A DNA stretch of 64,000 bases, taken from an uncultured Clostridiaceae bacterium. GTDB lineage: Bacteria; Bacillota; Clostridia; Monoglobales; Firm-18. The stretch covers positions 9,286 through 73,285 of the forward strand of contig CAZNKU010000002.1 in assembly GCA_964573775.1 (NCBI GenBank). The letters are read 5' to 3'. The notes under the pieces were generated by a model. It was given only the letters and a program-made list of their open reading frames with translations. It did no database searches and was not told where the DNA came from. Position numbers and translations under genes: made by a program. Positions 45,948 through 56,378 of the stretch are shown here, in pieces. Numbering within the stretch: position 1 is the first letter of the stretch; every line of letters begins with the position of its first letter.

Positions 45948-47663
45948 ATGATAAAAGCGGAAAATCTGACTTTTCGCTATAATGAAGAGTCGGAAATAAA
46001 TATTCTAGACAATTTGAATATAGAAATCCACAAAGGCGGGTTTACAGCTGTTTTGGGTCATAATGGAAGCGGCAAATCTACGCTTGCAAAGCATTTTAAC
46101 GCTATAAATCTACCGTTGGGCGGGAAGGTGTACATTGAAAAGATGGATACAGCCGACGAAAAGCTTTTGTATGAAATTCGCCAGACTGTAGGTATGGTTT
46201 TTCAGAATCCCGATAACCAGATTGTTGCTACAATCGTAGAAGAGGACGTGGCTTTTGCACCTGAAAATATGGGTGTCGCACCGGCAGAAATCCGTAAACG
46301 TGTAGATGATGCACTGGAAGCTGTGGGTATGACAAAGTATAAAAAGCGTGCACCTCATATGCTTTCCGGAGGGCAGAAGCAAAGGGTTGCAATAGCAGGC
46401 ATTCTTGCAATGGAACCTGCTTATATTGTACTTGATGAACCTACCGCAATGCTTGACCCTATCGGCAGACGTGAGGTTATGGCAACACTTAAAAGGCTTA
46501 ATAAAGAAAAAAATGTAACAGTTGTAATTATAACTCATAATATGGATGAGGCAGTTCTGGCAGACCGTGTTGTAGTTATGGATAAAGGCTGTATTATACT
46601 TGATGATGTTCCGGAAAAAGTATTTTCCGATGTTGAAAAAATAAAAACCATAGGTCTTGATGTGCCTCAGGTAACAGAGTTTGCTTATGAACTGCGTAAA
46701 AGAGGCTTTGATATAAAAAATGATATACTGTCAGTTTCACAAGGGGTTGAGGCAATAAAACCGCTTGTTAAAAATGGTACTGTAAGCAGAGTGGAAAACA
46801 ACATATCATTAAGAAATGAACCTATAATAGAGGTCAAAAATGTTTCTTATGAATATTCACCCAACGGACCTTTTAATAAGGTTGCGGTAAAGGATGTAAG
46901 TCTTACTGTAAACAAAGGTGATTTTGTTGCAATTATTGGGCATACAGGTAGTGGAAAATCCACACTTTTACAGATGTTTAATGCCCTTGTAAAGCCTACA
47001 AAGGGAGAGGTTTTTGTTAACGGCAAAAGCATAACCGATAAGTCAACAAACCTGCGTGAAATACGCACAACGGTAGGTCTTGTTTTTCAGTATCCCGAGC
47101 ATCAGCTTTTTGAGGAAACTGTAAGAATGGATATTGCATTCAGTCCTAAAAATATGGGACTTTCGGATGCGGAGGTAGATGAAAGAGTAAAGCTTGCCTG
47201 TGAAATTGCAGGGGTTGATGAAAAATGGCTTGAAAAGTCACCTTTCGAGCTTTCGGGCGGTCAGAAAAGACGAGTTGCAATAGCAGGCGTTCTTGCTATG
47301 CAACCAAAGGTGCTTGTGCTTGATGAACCAACAGCAGGGCTTGACCCGATGAGTAAAACAAAGCTTTTAAACCGTATACGCAGAATGCACGATGAATATG
47401 GCATAACAATAGTTTTAGTATCACACGATATGGAGGATGTTGCAAACTGTGCGGAAAGGGTTGTGGTTTTGAATGACGGTGAAATATTTGCCGAAGGAAC
47501 ACCCTTACAGGTATTTTCGGATTACGAAAATCTTGAAAAAATAGGAGTGACCGCACCTCAGATTACAAGGCTTATGGATAAGCTTTGCGGCATAAAGGTG
47601 TGTAAGGTTTTAGATGCCGTAGATTGTATTGTACAAATGAACGGAGGTGGGGAAAATGCTTAG
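45948..47663 (+). CDS. Fused ECF-transporter ATPase (EcfA1-EcfA2 in one polypeptide)
   Basis: Two complete ABC cassettes: [22 protein letters not shown] and [22 protein letters not shown]; followed by ecfT. Confidence 0.85.
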   Translation: MIKAENLTFRYNEESEINILDNLNIEIHKGGFTAVLGHNGSGKSTLAKHFNAINLPLGGKVYIEKMDTADEKLLYEIRQTVGMVFQNPDNQIVATIVEEDVAFAPENMGVAPAEIRKRVDDALEAVGMTKYKKRAPHMLSGGQKQRVAIAGILAMEPAYIVLDEPTAMLDPIGRREVMATLKRLNKEKNVTVVIITHNMDEAVLADRVVVMDKGCIILDDVPEKVFSDVEKIKTIGLDVPQVTEFAYELRKRGFDIKNDILSVSQGVEAIKPLVKNGTVSRVENNISLRNEPIIEVKNVSYEYSPNGPFNKVAVKDVSLTVNKGDFVAIIGHTGSGKSTLLQMFNALVKPTKGEVFVNGKSITDKSTNLREIRTTVGLVFQYPEHQLFEETVRMDIAFSPKNMGLSDAEVDERVKLACEIAGVDEKWLEKSPFELSGGQKRRVAIAGVLAMQPKVLVLDEPTAGLDPMSKTKLLNRIRRMHDEYGITIVLVSHDMEDVANCAERVVVLNDGEIFAEGTPLQVFSDYENLEKIGVTAPQITRLMDKLCGIKVCKVLDAVDCIVQMNGGGENA

Positions 47664-48462
47664 TGATATGACACTTGGGCAGTATTACCCTGCCGATTCC
47701 TGTGTGCACAAAATGGATGCCAGAATAAAAATTTTAATTGCTCTTGCCTTTATGATTGTTATTTTTTGCATCAATACCGTTTATGGGTATGCGGCATTGT
47801 TTTTCTTTACGGCATTTATGATTGCATTGTCAAAAGTTCCTTTAAAGTTTATGCTTAAGGCAATAAAGCCTATAATGTTTTTTGTGGTCCTTACGGCAGT
47901 GCTTAATGTGTTGCTTACAAAAAGCGGAGAGGTTTTGTGGCATTACGGATTTTTGACAATAACAAAAGATGGTGTTTTAAATGCAGTGTATATGTTGATA
48001 AGAATTTTATTTCTTGTTATGGGAACATCATTGCTTACCTATACAACATCACCAATAGAGCTTACAGACGGTATAGAAAGGCTTTTAAGACCTTTTTCCA
48101 AAATCGGTTTGCCGTCCCACGAGCTTGCTATGATGATGAGCATTGCGCTTCGTTTTATTCCCACAATTTTAGAAGAAACAGATAAAATCAAAAAGGCACA
48201 GACAGCAAGAGGCGCTGACTTTGAAAGCGGTAATATTTTAAAACGTGCCAAGGCGCTTATACCGCTTTTGGTTCCGCTTTTTATAAGTGCATTCAGGCGT
48301 GCCGACGAACTGGCTATGGCAATGGAATGCCGTTGTTATCACGGTGGCAAAAACCGTACAAAGATGAATGAACCCCATATGGGCGTACGCGATTTGTTTG
48401 GAGCACTGTCATTTTTAATATTTGCGGCTGTAGTTATTGCAACAAATATAATTTTGGGCTAA
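47656..48462 (+). CDS. ecfT: ECF transporter transmembrane component EcfT
   Basis: GGAGGTG RBS before the ATG at 47656; ARGADF coupling-helix motif. Confidence 0.85.
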   Translation: MLSDMTLGQYYPADSCVHKMDARIKILIALAFMIVIFCINTVYGYAALFFFTAFMIALSKVPLKFMLKAIKPIMFFVVLTAVLNVLLTKSGEVLWHYGFLTITKDGVLNAVYMLIRILFLVMGTSLLTYTTSPIELTDGIERLLRPFSKIGLPSHELAMMMSIALRFIPTILEETDKIKKAQTARGADFESGNILKRAKALIPLLVPLFISAFRRADELAMAMECRCYHGGKNRTKMNEPHMGVRDLFGALSFLIFAAVVIATNIILG

Positions 48463-48473
48463 GGTGGTGCGTT

Positions 48474-49205
48474 ATGAATTATAAATTGAATATTTCTTAT
48501 GACGGCACCGCCTACCATGGCTGGCAAAAGCAAAATAATGCAATTACTGTTTGTGATGTTCTTGAGCAGGCAACAGAAAAAATATTCAAGCACAAGGTGG
48601 AAATAACCGGTTGCAGCAGAACAGATGCCGGTGTTCATGCCCTTAACTACGTATGCAACTTTAAAAGTGAGCTTTTTATACCTGCGGATAAGCTTCCGTT
48701 GGCAATAAACACAAAATTGCCCGGTGATATACGGGTAAAAAGTGCCGAAGAGGCAGATGAAGATTTCAATTCACGCTTCAGTGCTCATTCCAAAACATAT
48801 ATTTACAAAACCTGTTGTTCAAATATTCTAAATCCATTTCTCAGAAATTATGCCTATCATTTCCCCTACAGCGTTAATGTGGATGATATGAAGAAAGCTG
48901 CAAAGCATTTTGTGGGCACTCATGATTTCGTAGGATTTATGACTCAGGGCAGCAGTCAGAAAACAACGGTAAGAACGGTTAATTTTCTGGATGTAAGAAG
49001 TTGTGATGATATAATAGAATTCGAAATTAATGCAAATGCATATTTGTATAATATGGTTCGTATAATTTCCGGTACACTCTTGTATGTTGGAATAGGCAAA
49101 ATAGAACCCGACAGCATTCCGGATATTATTATAAGCGGGGAGCGCAACCGTGCGGGAATAACCGTAGAACCGCAGGGGCTTTATCTTAAGGAAATTTTAT
49201 ACTGA
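48474..49205 (+). CDS. truA: tRNA pseudouridine(38-40) synthase TruA
   Basis: YDGTAYHGWQKQ and GCSRTDAGVHA (catalytic Asp) motifs. Confidence 0.9.
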   Translation: MNYKLNISYDGTAYHGWQKQNNAITVCDVLEQATEKIFKHKVEITGCSRTDAGVHALNYVCNFKSELFIPADKLPLAINTKLPGDIRVKSAEEADEDFNSRFSAHSKTYIYKTCCSNILNPFLRNYAYHFPYSVNVDDMKKAAKHFVGTHDFVGFMTQGSSQKTTVRTVNFLDVRSCDDIIEFEINANAYLYNMVRIISGTLLYVGIGKIEPDSIPDIIISGERNRAGITVEPQGLYLKEILY

Positions 49206-49215
49206 GGTGAACGGT

Positions 49216-50385
49216 ATGGATGAATTTGAAAAGGATATGAAATTAGAAACTGAACAGAACGGCATAAGTGATGTGCCGGAAAGTGAACAGGCAGAAATAA
49301 AACCCCAAAAGAAGAAAAGAAAACTGAAAAAAGTCGCAAAGTATATTCTTGTTTTTGCTTTGATTTTCGTAGCTGTTGTTGTATACCAAACTGTAGGTTG
49401 CAACAATCAGGCTGTTGAAAATATGTATAATTTTGAAAGCGACTCCAATTGCCAGATAACGGAATATAACGGAAAGGTACTTGTTCTTAATTATGACGGA
49501 GCAAAAATTATTAACCTTGACGGAACGCAAAGTGAAAGTATAGAATATCACATGGCAAACCCTCATATGAATGTATGTGGAGAAATGATTTTGCTTTATG
49601 ACAAAGACAACAAAAAGCTTGCTGTTTTTAAAGGTGGAGAAAAGAAATATTCGTACGAAAGTGAATTTAAAATTAAAAGTGCAAAGATAAATGAGGACGG
49701 GCATGTTGTCTTTATAAGTGATGAAAGCGGATATAATTACAGAGTAAATATTCTGAATAATAAAGGCGAAGAAGAATATATATGGAAAATAGGCGATGAG
49801 TATCTTTTGGATGCAGATATTTCACCTGATGGAAAAAAACTTGTTGCCGCAACTATTACCACTGCAACAGGGCAGATAGTACAGAATATAATTATGGTAG
49901 ATGTTGAAAAGGCTGTAGAGATTGGGCGTACAACTACCGAAGGTGTTATGCCCCTTCGTGTTGAATTTGCGGAAAACGGTCTGGCTGTTGTTGTGTCCGA
50001 TGACCGTATAGGTGGCTATAACACAAAGGCAGAGAAAAAGTGGGAAGACAGCTTTGAAAACAGACTGCTTGATTACTTTGCTATGGACGAAGAAGGAAAC
50101 ACTGTTGTTTCTTTGCGCGGTATAAAGAATAACTCTGTAGTACTTGCCTATACGAAAAACGGCAAAAATTCCGGGGAATTTACCTCGGATACTAAAACAA
50201 CGTATGTGGATTTAAACAGTAAACACATTGCCGTTTGTGAGGAAAATAAAATTTCTATGATTAGTTATTCCGGCAAAGTGGTTGCGGAAATGGAAATAAA
50301 AAAGGAAGTAATGGGTATTTCTGTAATAAGTAACAACAAAGCAATTATTTTGTGTAAAGATTGTATTCAGATTTTCAAACTGTAG
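49216..50385 (+). CDS. Membrane-anchored hypothetical protein with repeated beta-strand-rich ectodomain (DUF5711-like)
   Basis: Lys-rich N-terminus, one TM, then a repetitive region of about 300 aa; function unknown. Confidence 0.4.
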   Translation: MDEFEKDMKLETEQNGISDVPESEQAEIKPQKKKRKLKKVAKYILVFALIFVAVVVYQTVGCNNQAVENMYNFESDSNCQITEYNGKVLVLNYDGAKIINLDGTQSESIEYHMANPHMNVCGEMILLYDKDNKKLAVFKGGEKKYSYESEFKIKSAKINEDGHVVFISDESGYNYRVNILNNKGEEEYIWKIGDEYLLDADISPDGKKLVAATITTATGQIVQNIIMVDVEKAVEIGRTTTEGVMPLRVEFAENGLAVVVSDDRIGGYNTKAEKKWEDSFENRLLDYFAMDEEGNTVVSLRGIKNNSVVLAYTKNGKNSGEFTSDTKTTYVDLNSKHIAVCEENKISMISYSGKVVAEMEIKKEVMGISVISNNKAIILCKDCIQIFKL

Positions 50386-50394
50386 GAGGTCTTT

Positions 50395-50952
50395 ATGTTA
50401 GCGGATATTATTATAATTGCATTTATGGTTTTATCAGCATATTTTGGATATAAAAAAGGTTTTGTAAGAACTGTTTCAAAATTGATAAGCTTTGTAATAT
50501 CAATTATTCTTGCAAAAATTTTGCATCCGATAATTTCAGGTTATATCAGAAATTCATTTATAGGTGAATTTATTAACAGTAAAATTGCAGATAAGGCAGA
50601 TTCTATTATTACCGAGAGTGCTCCGTCATTTATACAAAATGCCGGACACAGTACGGTAAATGAAATTACGGATACGATAGTAACTGTGCTTACAATTATT
50701 TTTATAATAATTGTTACATTTATTGCAGTTTACTTTCTGATAAAGGCACTCGACCTTGTATCAAGGCTGCCTGTTATATCCTGGCTTAACCATTTGGCAG
50801 GGTTTGTTGCAGGATTTTTCTGGGGCATCCTTTTAGTCTATACACTGTTGGCTGTGGTTGTAGTTATAAACCCCGATGTTTCATGGATGGAAAATTCATC
50901 TATCGCAATTATAATGTTTAAAGACAATTACCTTATAAATATAATTTATTAA
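50395..50952 (+). CDS. cvpA: CvpA-family membrane protein
   Basis: DIIIIAFMVLSAYFGYKKGFV start and 4 TM segments typical of CvpA. Confidence 0.7.
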   Translation: MLADIIIIAFMVLSAYFGYKKGFVRTVSKLISFVISIILAKILHPIISGYIRNSFIGEFINSKIADKADSIITESAPSFIQNAGHSTVNEITDTIVTVLTIIFIIIVTFIAVYFLIKALDLVSRLPVISWLNHLAGFVAGFFWGILLVYTLLAVVVVINPDVSWMENSSIAIIMFKDNYLINIIY

Positions 50953-50969
50953 TCTGAAAGGATTTTAAT

Positions 50970-52265
50970 ATGACTAATAAAACACTTGCAGAACTTAAAG
51001 AAATTGCAAAAAAATATGATATCAAAAATATATCGAAATTCAAAAAAGAGGAACTTATAGAGGCAATTGAGGAATGTATGGAAAAATCCCGGGAAGCGGA
51101 CGTACAAAGAGAAGATAACGGCAAAGTACGCACAGAAACTGTCGAAACTGAAGGGATTTTGCAGATATGCGAAGACGGTTACGGCTTTTTAAGAAGTGAA
51201 AATTACCTATCCGGCGTGGACGACGTGTATGTTGCTCAGGCACAGATAAGACGTTTTCGCTTAAAAACAGGTGATATGCTAAAGGGGATTGCCCGTCTTC
51301 CAAGAGAAAATGAACGTTTCAGAGCCTTGCTTTACGTTAATTCCGTAAACGGAGACAAGCCTGATGTAGCAATACACAGAACTGCTTTTGAAAACCTTAC
51401 TCCAATTTATCCTACCCAGCGTATGCATATGGTAAACAAGCCTACAGATTATGCCATGAGGCTTATAGACATTATAGACCCTATAGGTAAAGGTCAGCGA
51501 GGCATTATTGTTTCTCCGCCAAAGGCAGGTAAAACCACCTTGCTTAAACAGATAGCAAAGAGTATTGAAATTAATCATCCTGATGTTACATTGCTTGTAC
51601 TTCTTATTGATGAAAGACCGGAAGAAGTTACGGATATGAAACGCAGTATAAAAGGAGAAGTTATTTATTCTACATTTGATGAAGAACCTGCACATCATAT
51701 AAGGGTTTCTGAAATGGTTTTAGAACGTGCAATGAGACTTGTGGAACATAAAAAAGATGTTGTAATATTGCTTGACAGTATTACAAGACTTGCAAGGGCT
51801 TATAACCTTACAAGTACATCTACGGGAAGAACACTTTCGGGCGGTCTGGACCCTAATGCACTTCACAAGCCCAAAAAGTTTTTTGGTGCGGCACGTAATA
51901 TTGAAGATGGCGGCAGCCTTACAATTCTTGCTACCGCCCTTGTAGATACGGGAAGCAGAATGGACGATGTTATATTTGAGGAATTCAAGGGTACCGGTAA
52001 TATGGAAATTCATCTTGACCGCCGTATGCAGGAAAGACGAATATTCCCTGCAATAGATATTTATAAATCCGGCACCCGTAAAGAGGAGCTTCTATTAGAA
52101 CAAAAAGAGCTGGAATGTGTATGGACAATACGCCGTGCATTGCATAGCCAGAATACCGCAGATGTTACTGAAATGCTGGTAAATAAGCTTGTTGCTACAA
52201 AAAGTAATGAAGAATTTGCGGATAATATTGTAAAAATGTTTGGCAAAAATTCGGAGGAGAAATGA
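50970..52265 (+). CDS. rho: Transcription termination factor Rho
   Basis: N-terminal [20 protein letters not shown]-binding region, PPKAGKTT P-loop. Confidence 0.95.
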   Translation: MTNKTLAELKEIAKKYDIKNISKFKKEELIEAIEECMEKSREADVQREDNGKVRTETVETEGILQICEDGYGFLRSENYLSGVDDVYVAQAQIRRFRLKTGDMLKGIARLPRENERFRALLYVNSVNGDKPDVAIHRTAFENLTPIYPTQRMHMVNKPTDYAMRLIDIIDPIGKGQRGIIVSPPKAGKTTLLKQIAKSIEINHPDVTLLVLLIDERPEEVTDMKRSIKGEVIYSTFDEEPAHHIRVSEMVLERAMRLVEHKKDVVILLDSITRLARAYNLTSTSTGRTLSGGLDPNALHKPKKFFGAARNIEDGGSLTILATALVDTGSRMDDVIFEEFKGTGNMEIHLDRRMQERRIFPAIDIYKSGTRKEELLLEQKELECVWTIRRALHSQNTADVTEMLVNKLVATKSNEEFADNIVKMFGKNSEEK

Positions 52266-53020
52266 AGAAAATAGTACTGATGATAATAACGGTGCTTGTG
52301 GCTTTGGGCAGTGTAAATGCTTCCGCAAACCATATACCGGTGTTACTTTACCACGATGTACAGCAACAGTACGAGCCCGACAGAGCGGTAATTACAGTTA
52401 CCCCTGAAAGGTTTGATGAGCATATTGCTGCACTTTTAAAAAAGGGTTATACGCCTATAAGCTTTGAAGATGCTTACAAAGCTTCAATGGGTAATTTTGC
52501 TATGCCCGAAAACCCTATTATAATTACTTTTGATGACGGTTATCTTACAAATTACACCTATGCTTTTCCCATAATACAGAAGTATAAAGTAAAAACCACT
52601 ATTTTTGTTGTTACGGAAACGGTCGGTAAAACTACGGGTAATCCTCATTTTACATGGGAACAGGCAAGGATAATGCAACAAAGCGGACTTGTAAGCATAC
52701 AGTCACATACTAACAGTCATACCGATTTGCTTACAATGAACAGCTATGATATTGAAAGAGAAATACGCCTTTCAAAATACCTTATTGAAAAAAATCTTGG
52801 TACTGAATGTGATTTTCTTGCATTTCCCTTCGGAAGTTGCAACAATGAGATTGTAAATTCAGCATACAAAGCAGGCTATAAGGTTGTGTCACAGGTTGGT
52901 GAAACGGGCGAAAACACATTGGAAGATGTAACCTCAAACCCTCTTGTGCGTATTACTGTTTACGGTTCGTGGACAGGTGACGACCTTATTATGATGATAA
53001 ATGAGCTTTCAAAGCAGTAA
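52262..53020 (+). CDS. Secreted polysaccharide deacetylase (CE4)
   Basis: Signal peptide; ITFDDGY and HTNSH metal-binding motifs. Confidence 0.8.
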   Translation: MKKIVLMIITVLVALGSVNASANHIPVLLYHDVQQQYEPDRAVITVTPERFDEHIAALLKKGYTPISFEDAYKASMGNFAMPENPIIITFDDGYLTNYTYAFPIIQKYKVKTTIFVVTETVGKTTGNPHFTWEQARIMQQSGLVSIQSHTNSHTDLLTMNSYDIEREIRLSKYLIEKNLGTECDFLAFPFGSCNNEIVNSAYKAGYKVVSQVGETGENTLEDVTSNPLVRITVYGSWTGDDLIMMINELSKQ

Positions 53021-53066
53021 ATATTGAATGACTAAAAGAGTATAATGTAATGTGGGAGGTGTAAAA

Positions 53067-53657
53067 GTGAAGGTTGAAAAAATATCACCCAATAAATTTA
53101 AACTGACTTTTTCAGATGAAGATTTAAAAGATTTCGGAGTCGATTTTGAAAATATAAGATATAATTCTGAAGATGCACAGGAGCTTTTCTGGAACCTTAT
53201 TGAGCATGCGGATATTGAGGAGGAATTTTTCAAAGATAATGCGCAGATAGTGGTAGAGGCAGTTGCAACAAAAAATGACGGTCTTACCATGACGGTAACT
53301 CGTGTGACAGACAATTCTAAAAAAATACCTAAAATAAAACATCGAAAAGGCAAGGCGGAAAAGCATACTGATATTTCACCTGTTATTTTCAGCTTTGATG
53401 AATTTGAAAATCTTGTTCAGGCTTGTAAGTATATTGAAAATATATTTGTCGGTGTAAGCCGTCTTTACAAAATGGAAGGCGAATATTTCCTTGTAATGGA
53501 TGCAATACATGAAAGTGTGGCAGTTTCTGTTGATTCTGTTTTACATGAATACGGTGAAAAGGTTTTGAATAGTATTGTCGCTGAAGGTAAGCTTTCCGAA
53601 TATGGGGATTTGCTTATAAAAAATACGGCAATTGCAAACATTTCTGCAAACTTTTAA
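53067..53657 (+). CDS. mecA: Adaptor protein MecA-like
   Basis: GGGAGGTG RBS before the GTG at 53067; MKVEKISPNKFKLTFS..DL start typical of MecA. Confidence 0.6.
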   Translation: MKVEKISPNKFKLTFSDEDLKDFGVDFENIRYNSEDAQELFWNLIEHADIEEEFFKDNAQIVVEAVATKNDGLTMTVTRVTDNSKKIPKIKHRKGKAEKHTDISPVIFSFDEFENLVQACKYIENIFVGVSRLYKMEGEYFLVMDAIHESVAVSVDSVLHEYGEKVLNSIVAEGKLSEYGDLLIKNTAIANISANF

Positions 53658-53729
53658 TTAAAGGCGGTTCGTTATAGGGATAAATAGGTTTTTTTGGACG
53701 ACTTATCCATAAGCCGAACCGCATAAAGA

Positions 53730-53766
53730 CTGAGAATTTTGCACAGCAGAATTTCTCGGTTTTTTG
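53730..53766 (+). terminator. Terminator after mecA
   Basis: CTGAGAA (53730-53736) / TTCTCGG (53753-53759), then T6GT5. Confidence 0.55.
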
Positions 53767-53814
53767 TTTTTGAAATGTGCTTTTGGGTATTTTTTGCATA
53801 TATATAAAAAAGTC

Positions 53815-53843
53815 TTGAAAAATGTGCAAAATTTATGTATAAT
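53815..53843 (+). promoter_or_regulatory. Sigma-A promoter of darA-holB-ricT
   Basis: TTGAAA (53815-53820), N17, TATAAT (53838-53843). Confidence 0.6.
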
Positions 53844-53892
53844 ATATGTGCAAAGGGATTTTGTATTATTTTTTGAAGGGATTGGTGATTTT

Positions 53893-54213
53893 ATGAAGCT
53901 TATTATTGCTATCGTAGGAGATGAAGACAGCGCAAGGCTAACAGATAAATTAAGCAAAAATGCGATTCCTGTAACAAAATTGGCATCAACAGGCGGTTTT
54001 TTGCGTGCAGGTAATGTTACGCTTATGATTGGTACTGATAATGATAAGGTAGAGGAAGTAATAGAAATCATCAAGTCAGTTTGTAAGTCACGTAAGGAAA
54101 TTATTGCACCTACTTCTGTAAGTATGGCAGCAGCAATTACATGGCCTATTGAAGTTACAGTGGGCGGTGCGACATTGTTTGTTCTTGATATTGACAGGTT
54201 TGAAAAGATATGA
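53893..54213 (+). CDS. darA: Cyclic-di-AMP receptor, PII-like (DarA/YaaQ)
   Basis: MKLIIAIV..D, KLASTGGFLR, GGATLFVL motifs; the ORF-track N-terminal 43 aa are upstream read-through. Confidence 0.75.
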   Translation: MKLIIAIVGDEDSARLTDKLSKNAIPVTKLASTGGFLRAGNVTLMIGTDNDKVEEVIEIIKSVCKSRKEIIAPTSVSMAAAITWPIEVTVGGATLFVLDIDRFEKI

Positions 54214-55109
54214 TGTTTGAAAATGTTATTGGGCACGAAAATGTCATACAAAGACTTGAAAGTTCAATAGCGACCGATAAAATTTCACATGCTTATATTT
54301 TTGCCGGCAAACGGGGAGTTGGTAAAAAAACAGTAGCAAATGCCTTTGCCGACATTCTTACCGGCGGAAGTTTTGCCGACATCGTTACTGTTACCAATGA
54401 ATATTACGGTGTGGATTCAAAATCGGATATTGTTTCGGTTGATACAATCCGTGCGGCATCTGCTGATATGTATATGAAGCCTTATCTTGCAGACAGGCGT
54501 ATATTTATAATACCGAATGCTGAAAAAATGAATGCGCAGGCACAGAATGCTCTTCTTAAAATTTTTGAAGAACCGCCGTCATATTGTGTAATAATTCTCA
54601 TAACACAGAATGACAATATGCTGTTGCAGACTATCCGTTCCCGTGCAATTACGGTTCGCTTCGGTCCGCTTAGCGACAGTCAGGTAAGGGATTATGCCCA
54701 CAGTAAGGGTATAAATGTATCCGATATTGTCATCAGGCTGGCATTTGGGAGTATTGGTATGATACAGGAGCTGTCTGAAAATGAGGAGCTGGACGGAATG
54801 CTTGGAGCTTTTGTGGGTTTGTTCTCAAAAATCGGAAGCGGTACAGCCGAATGCACATATACACTTATAGATTATCTTCAGAAGGAGAAGAAAAACAGCG
54901 AGGTTCTGTTTGATATTATGCTTATCATGTTGCGTGATACTATGCTTGGTAAAAATTCAGAACTTACAATTAAAGGACTTAACAGCAGAAAAGCTGTCCG
55001 TATAATAGAATTGGTCGAAAATACAAGAAATTCCTTTTCATTTAATGCTGATTATAATATGGCAGTAAGTGAAATGTTGTTGAATATAATGGGGGAAACT
55101 AATGATTGA
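54210..55109 (+). CDS. holB: DNA polymerase III subunit delta'
   Basis: HAYIFAGKRGVGKKT and LLKIFEEPP motifs. Confidence 0.85.
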   Translation: MMFENVIGHENVIQRLESSIATDKISHAYIFAGKRGVGKKTVANAFADILTGGSFADIVTVTNEYYGVDSKSDIVSVDTIRAASADMYMKPYLADRRIFIIPNAEKMNAQAQNALLKIFEEPPSYCVIILITQNDNMLLQTIRSRAITVRFGPLSDSQVRDYAHSKGINVSDIVIRLAFGSIGMIQELSENEELDGMLGAFVGLFSKIGSGTAECTYTLIDYLQKEKKNSEVLFDIMLIMLRDTMLGKNSELTIKGLNSRKAVRIIELVENTRNSFSFNADYNMAVSEMLLNIMGETND

Positions 55110-55968
55110 AGTTGTAGGAGTTCGTTTTAAAACTGCGGGAAAAATTTATTATTTTTCACCTAAAGGAATTGAATTTTCCAGAGGTGATTATGCCGTTGTT
55201 GAAACTGTACGCGGCACGGAAATTGGCGAGGTAATGCTTACAAATCGTCAGATTCCGGAAGAAAATATTGTTTCACCGCTAAAGCCTGTTCTTAGAAAGG
55301 CAACAAACGAAGATATTAAAAAAATTGATAAAATAAAAGAAAAAGAAAAAAAGGCTTTTGAAATTTGTGTAGAAAAGATTAATCAGCATAATCTGGATAT
55401 GCACCTTGTTGATGTTGAATATACTTTTGATGAAAACAAAATTTTGTTTTATTTTACTGCAGAAGGCAGAGTAGACTTCCGTGAACTTGTAAAGTCACTT
55501 GCATCTGTATTTAAAACAAGAATTGAACTTCGTCAGATAGGTGTTCGCGATGAGGCTAAAATGCTTGGTGGCATAGGTGTATGTGGCAGACCTATTTGCT
55601 GTAATTCATTTTTGGGAGATTTTCAGCCGGTGTCAATTAAAATGGCTAAGGAACAGAATCTTTCACTTAATCCCACAAAAATTTCAGGCACCTGCGGAAG
55701 GTTGATGTGTTGTCTTAAGTACGAGCAGTCAACCTACGAGGAAATGCTTAAATTCGTTCCCCGTGTAGATGCGGTGGTAGAAACAAAGGACGGTAAAGGT
55801 ACTGTTATTGAAAATAATGTTCTTGCAGGGCTTGTAAAGGTCAGAATAGACCGTGGTGATGATTCAATAATCAATGTCTATGATGCAAAGGATGTGGTTG
55901 TCATAAAGGCGGCTTCCGTAAAACTTACAGCCGAGGAACTTAAAGAGCTTAAAAAGCTTGAGGAATAG
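55102..55968 (+). CDS. ricT: PSP1-domain regulator RicT/YaaT (stage 0 sporulation protein)
   Basis: VVGVRFK..GKIYYF, GVCGRPICC and CGRLMCCLKYE motifs. Confidence 0.85.
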   Translation: MIEVVGVRFKTAGKIYYFSPKGIEFSRGDYAVVETVRGTEIGEVMLTNRQIPEENIVSPLKPVLRKATNEDIKKIDKIKEKEKKAFEICVEKINQHNLDMHLVDVEYTFDENKILFYFTAEGRVDFRELVKSLASVFKTRIELRQIGVRDEAKMLGGIGVCGRPICCNSFLGDFQPVSIKMAKEQNLSLNPTKISGTCGRLMCCLKYEQSTYEEMLKFVPRVDAVVETKDGKGTVIENNVLAGLVKVRIDRGDDSIINVYDAKDVVVIKAASVKLTAEELKELKKLEE

Positions 55969-56029
55969 TTATTAATTTTCGGTAACGAAAAGTAATATAT
56001 ATAAAAATTAACCAAGGAGGTGTACTATA

Positions 56030-56200
56030 ATGGCTTACAAGATTACAGATGAATGTATTTCATGCGGTGCTTGCGCAGCAGTATGTCCTGCAGAATGTAT
56101 TTCAGAAGGTGACGACAAGTATGTTATCGATGCTGATAAGTGCTTGGAATGCGGTGCATGTGCAGGTGAATGTCCGGTAGGAGCTCCTGTAGCTGAATAA
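56030..56200 (+). CDS. 2x[4Fe-4S] clostridial-type ferredoxin (56 aa; absent from the ORF track)
   Basis: Hand translation MAYKITDECISCGACAAVCPAECI..KCLECGACAGECPVGAP; GGAGGTG RBS; terminator follows. Confidence 0.9.
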   Translation: MAYKITDECISCGACAAVCPAECISEGDDKYVIDADKCLECGACAGECPVGAPVAE

Positions 56201-56208
56201 TTTAAATG

Positions 56209-56238
56209 AAAACTGCTCATTTGAGCAGTTTTTGTTTT
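56209..56238 (+). terminator. Terminator after the ferredoxin gene
   Basis: AACTGCTCA / TGAGCAGTT stem, then TTTTGTTTT. Confidence 0.75.
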
Positions 56239-56378
56239 CCTTGACTTTTTTTAATTTTTATGTTAAATTTAATTCATATTAAATATACTGCCACCGGGTA
56301 GTGAATGCAAAGCATTCGTTTTCACATCGTTAGGTCTTTGAAGATGTGAATTCGGATGTTATTTTTTTGGAGGTATGT

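Noticed and set aside
56035-56220. 61-aa minus-strand ORF from the track
   Set aside because: It is the antisense shadow of the plus-strand ferredoxin gene (56030-56200), which has an RBS, Cys motifs and a terminator.
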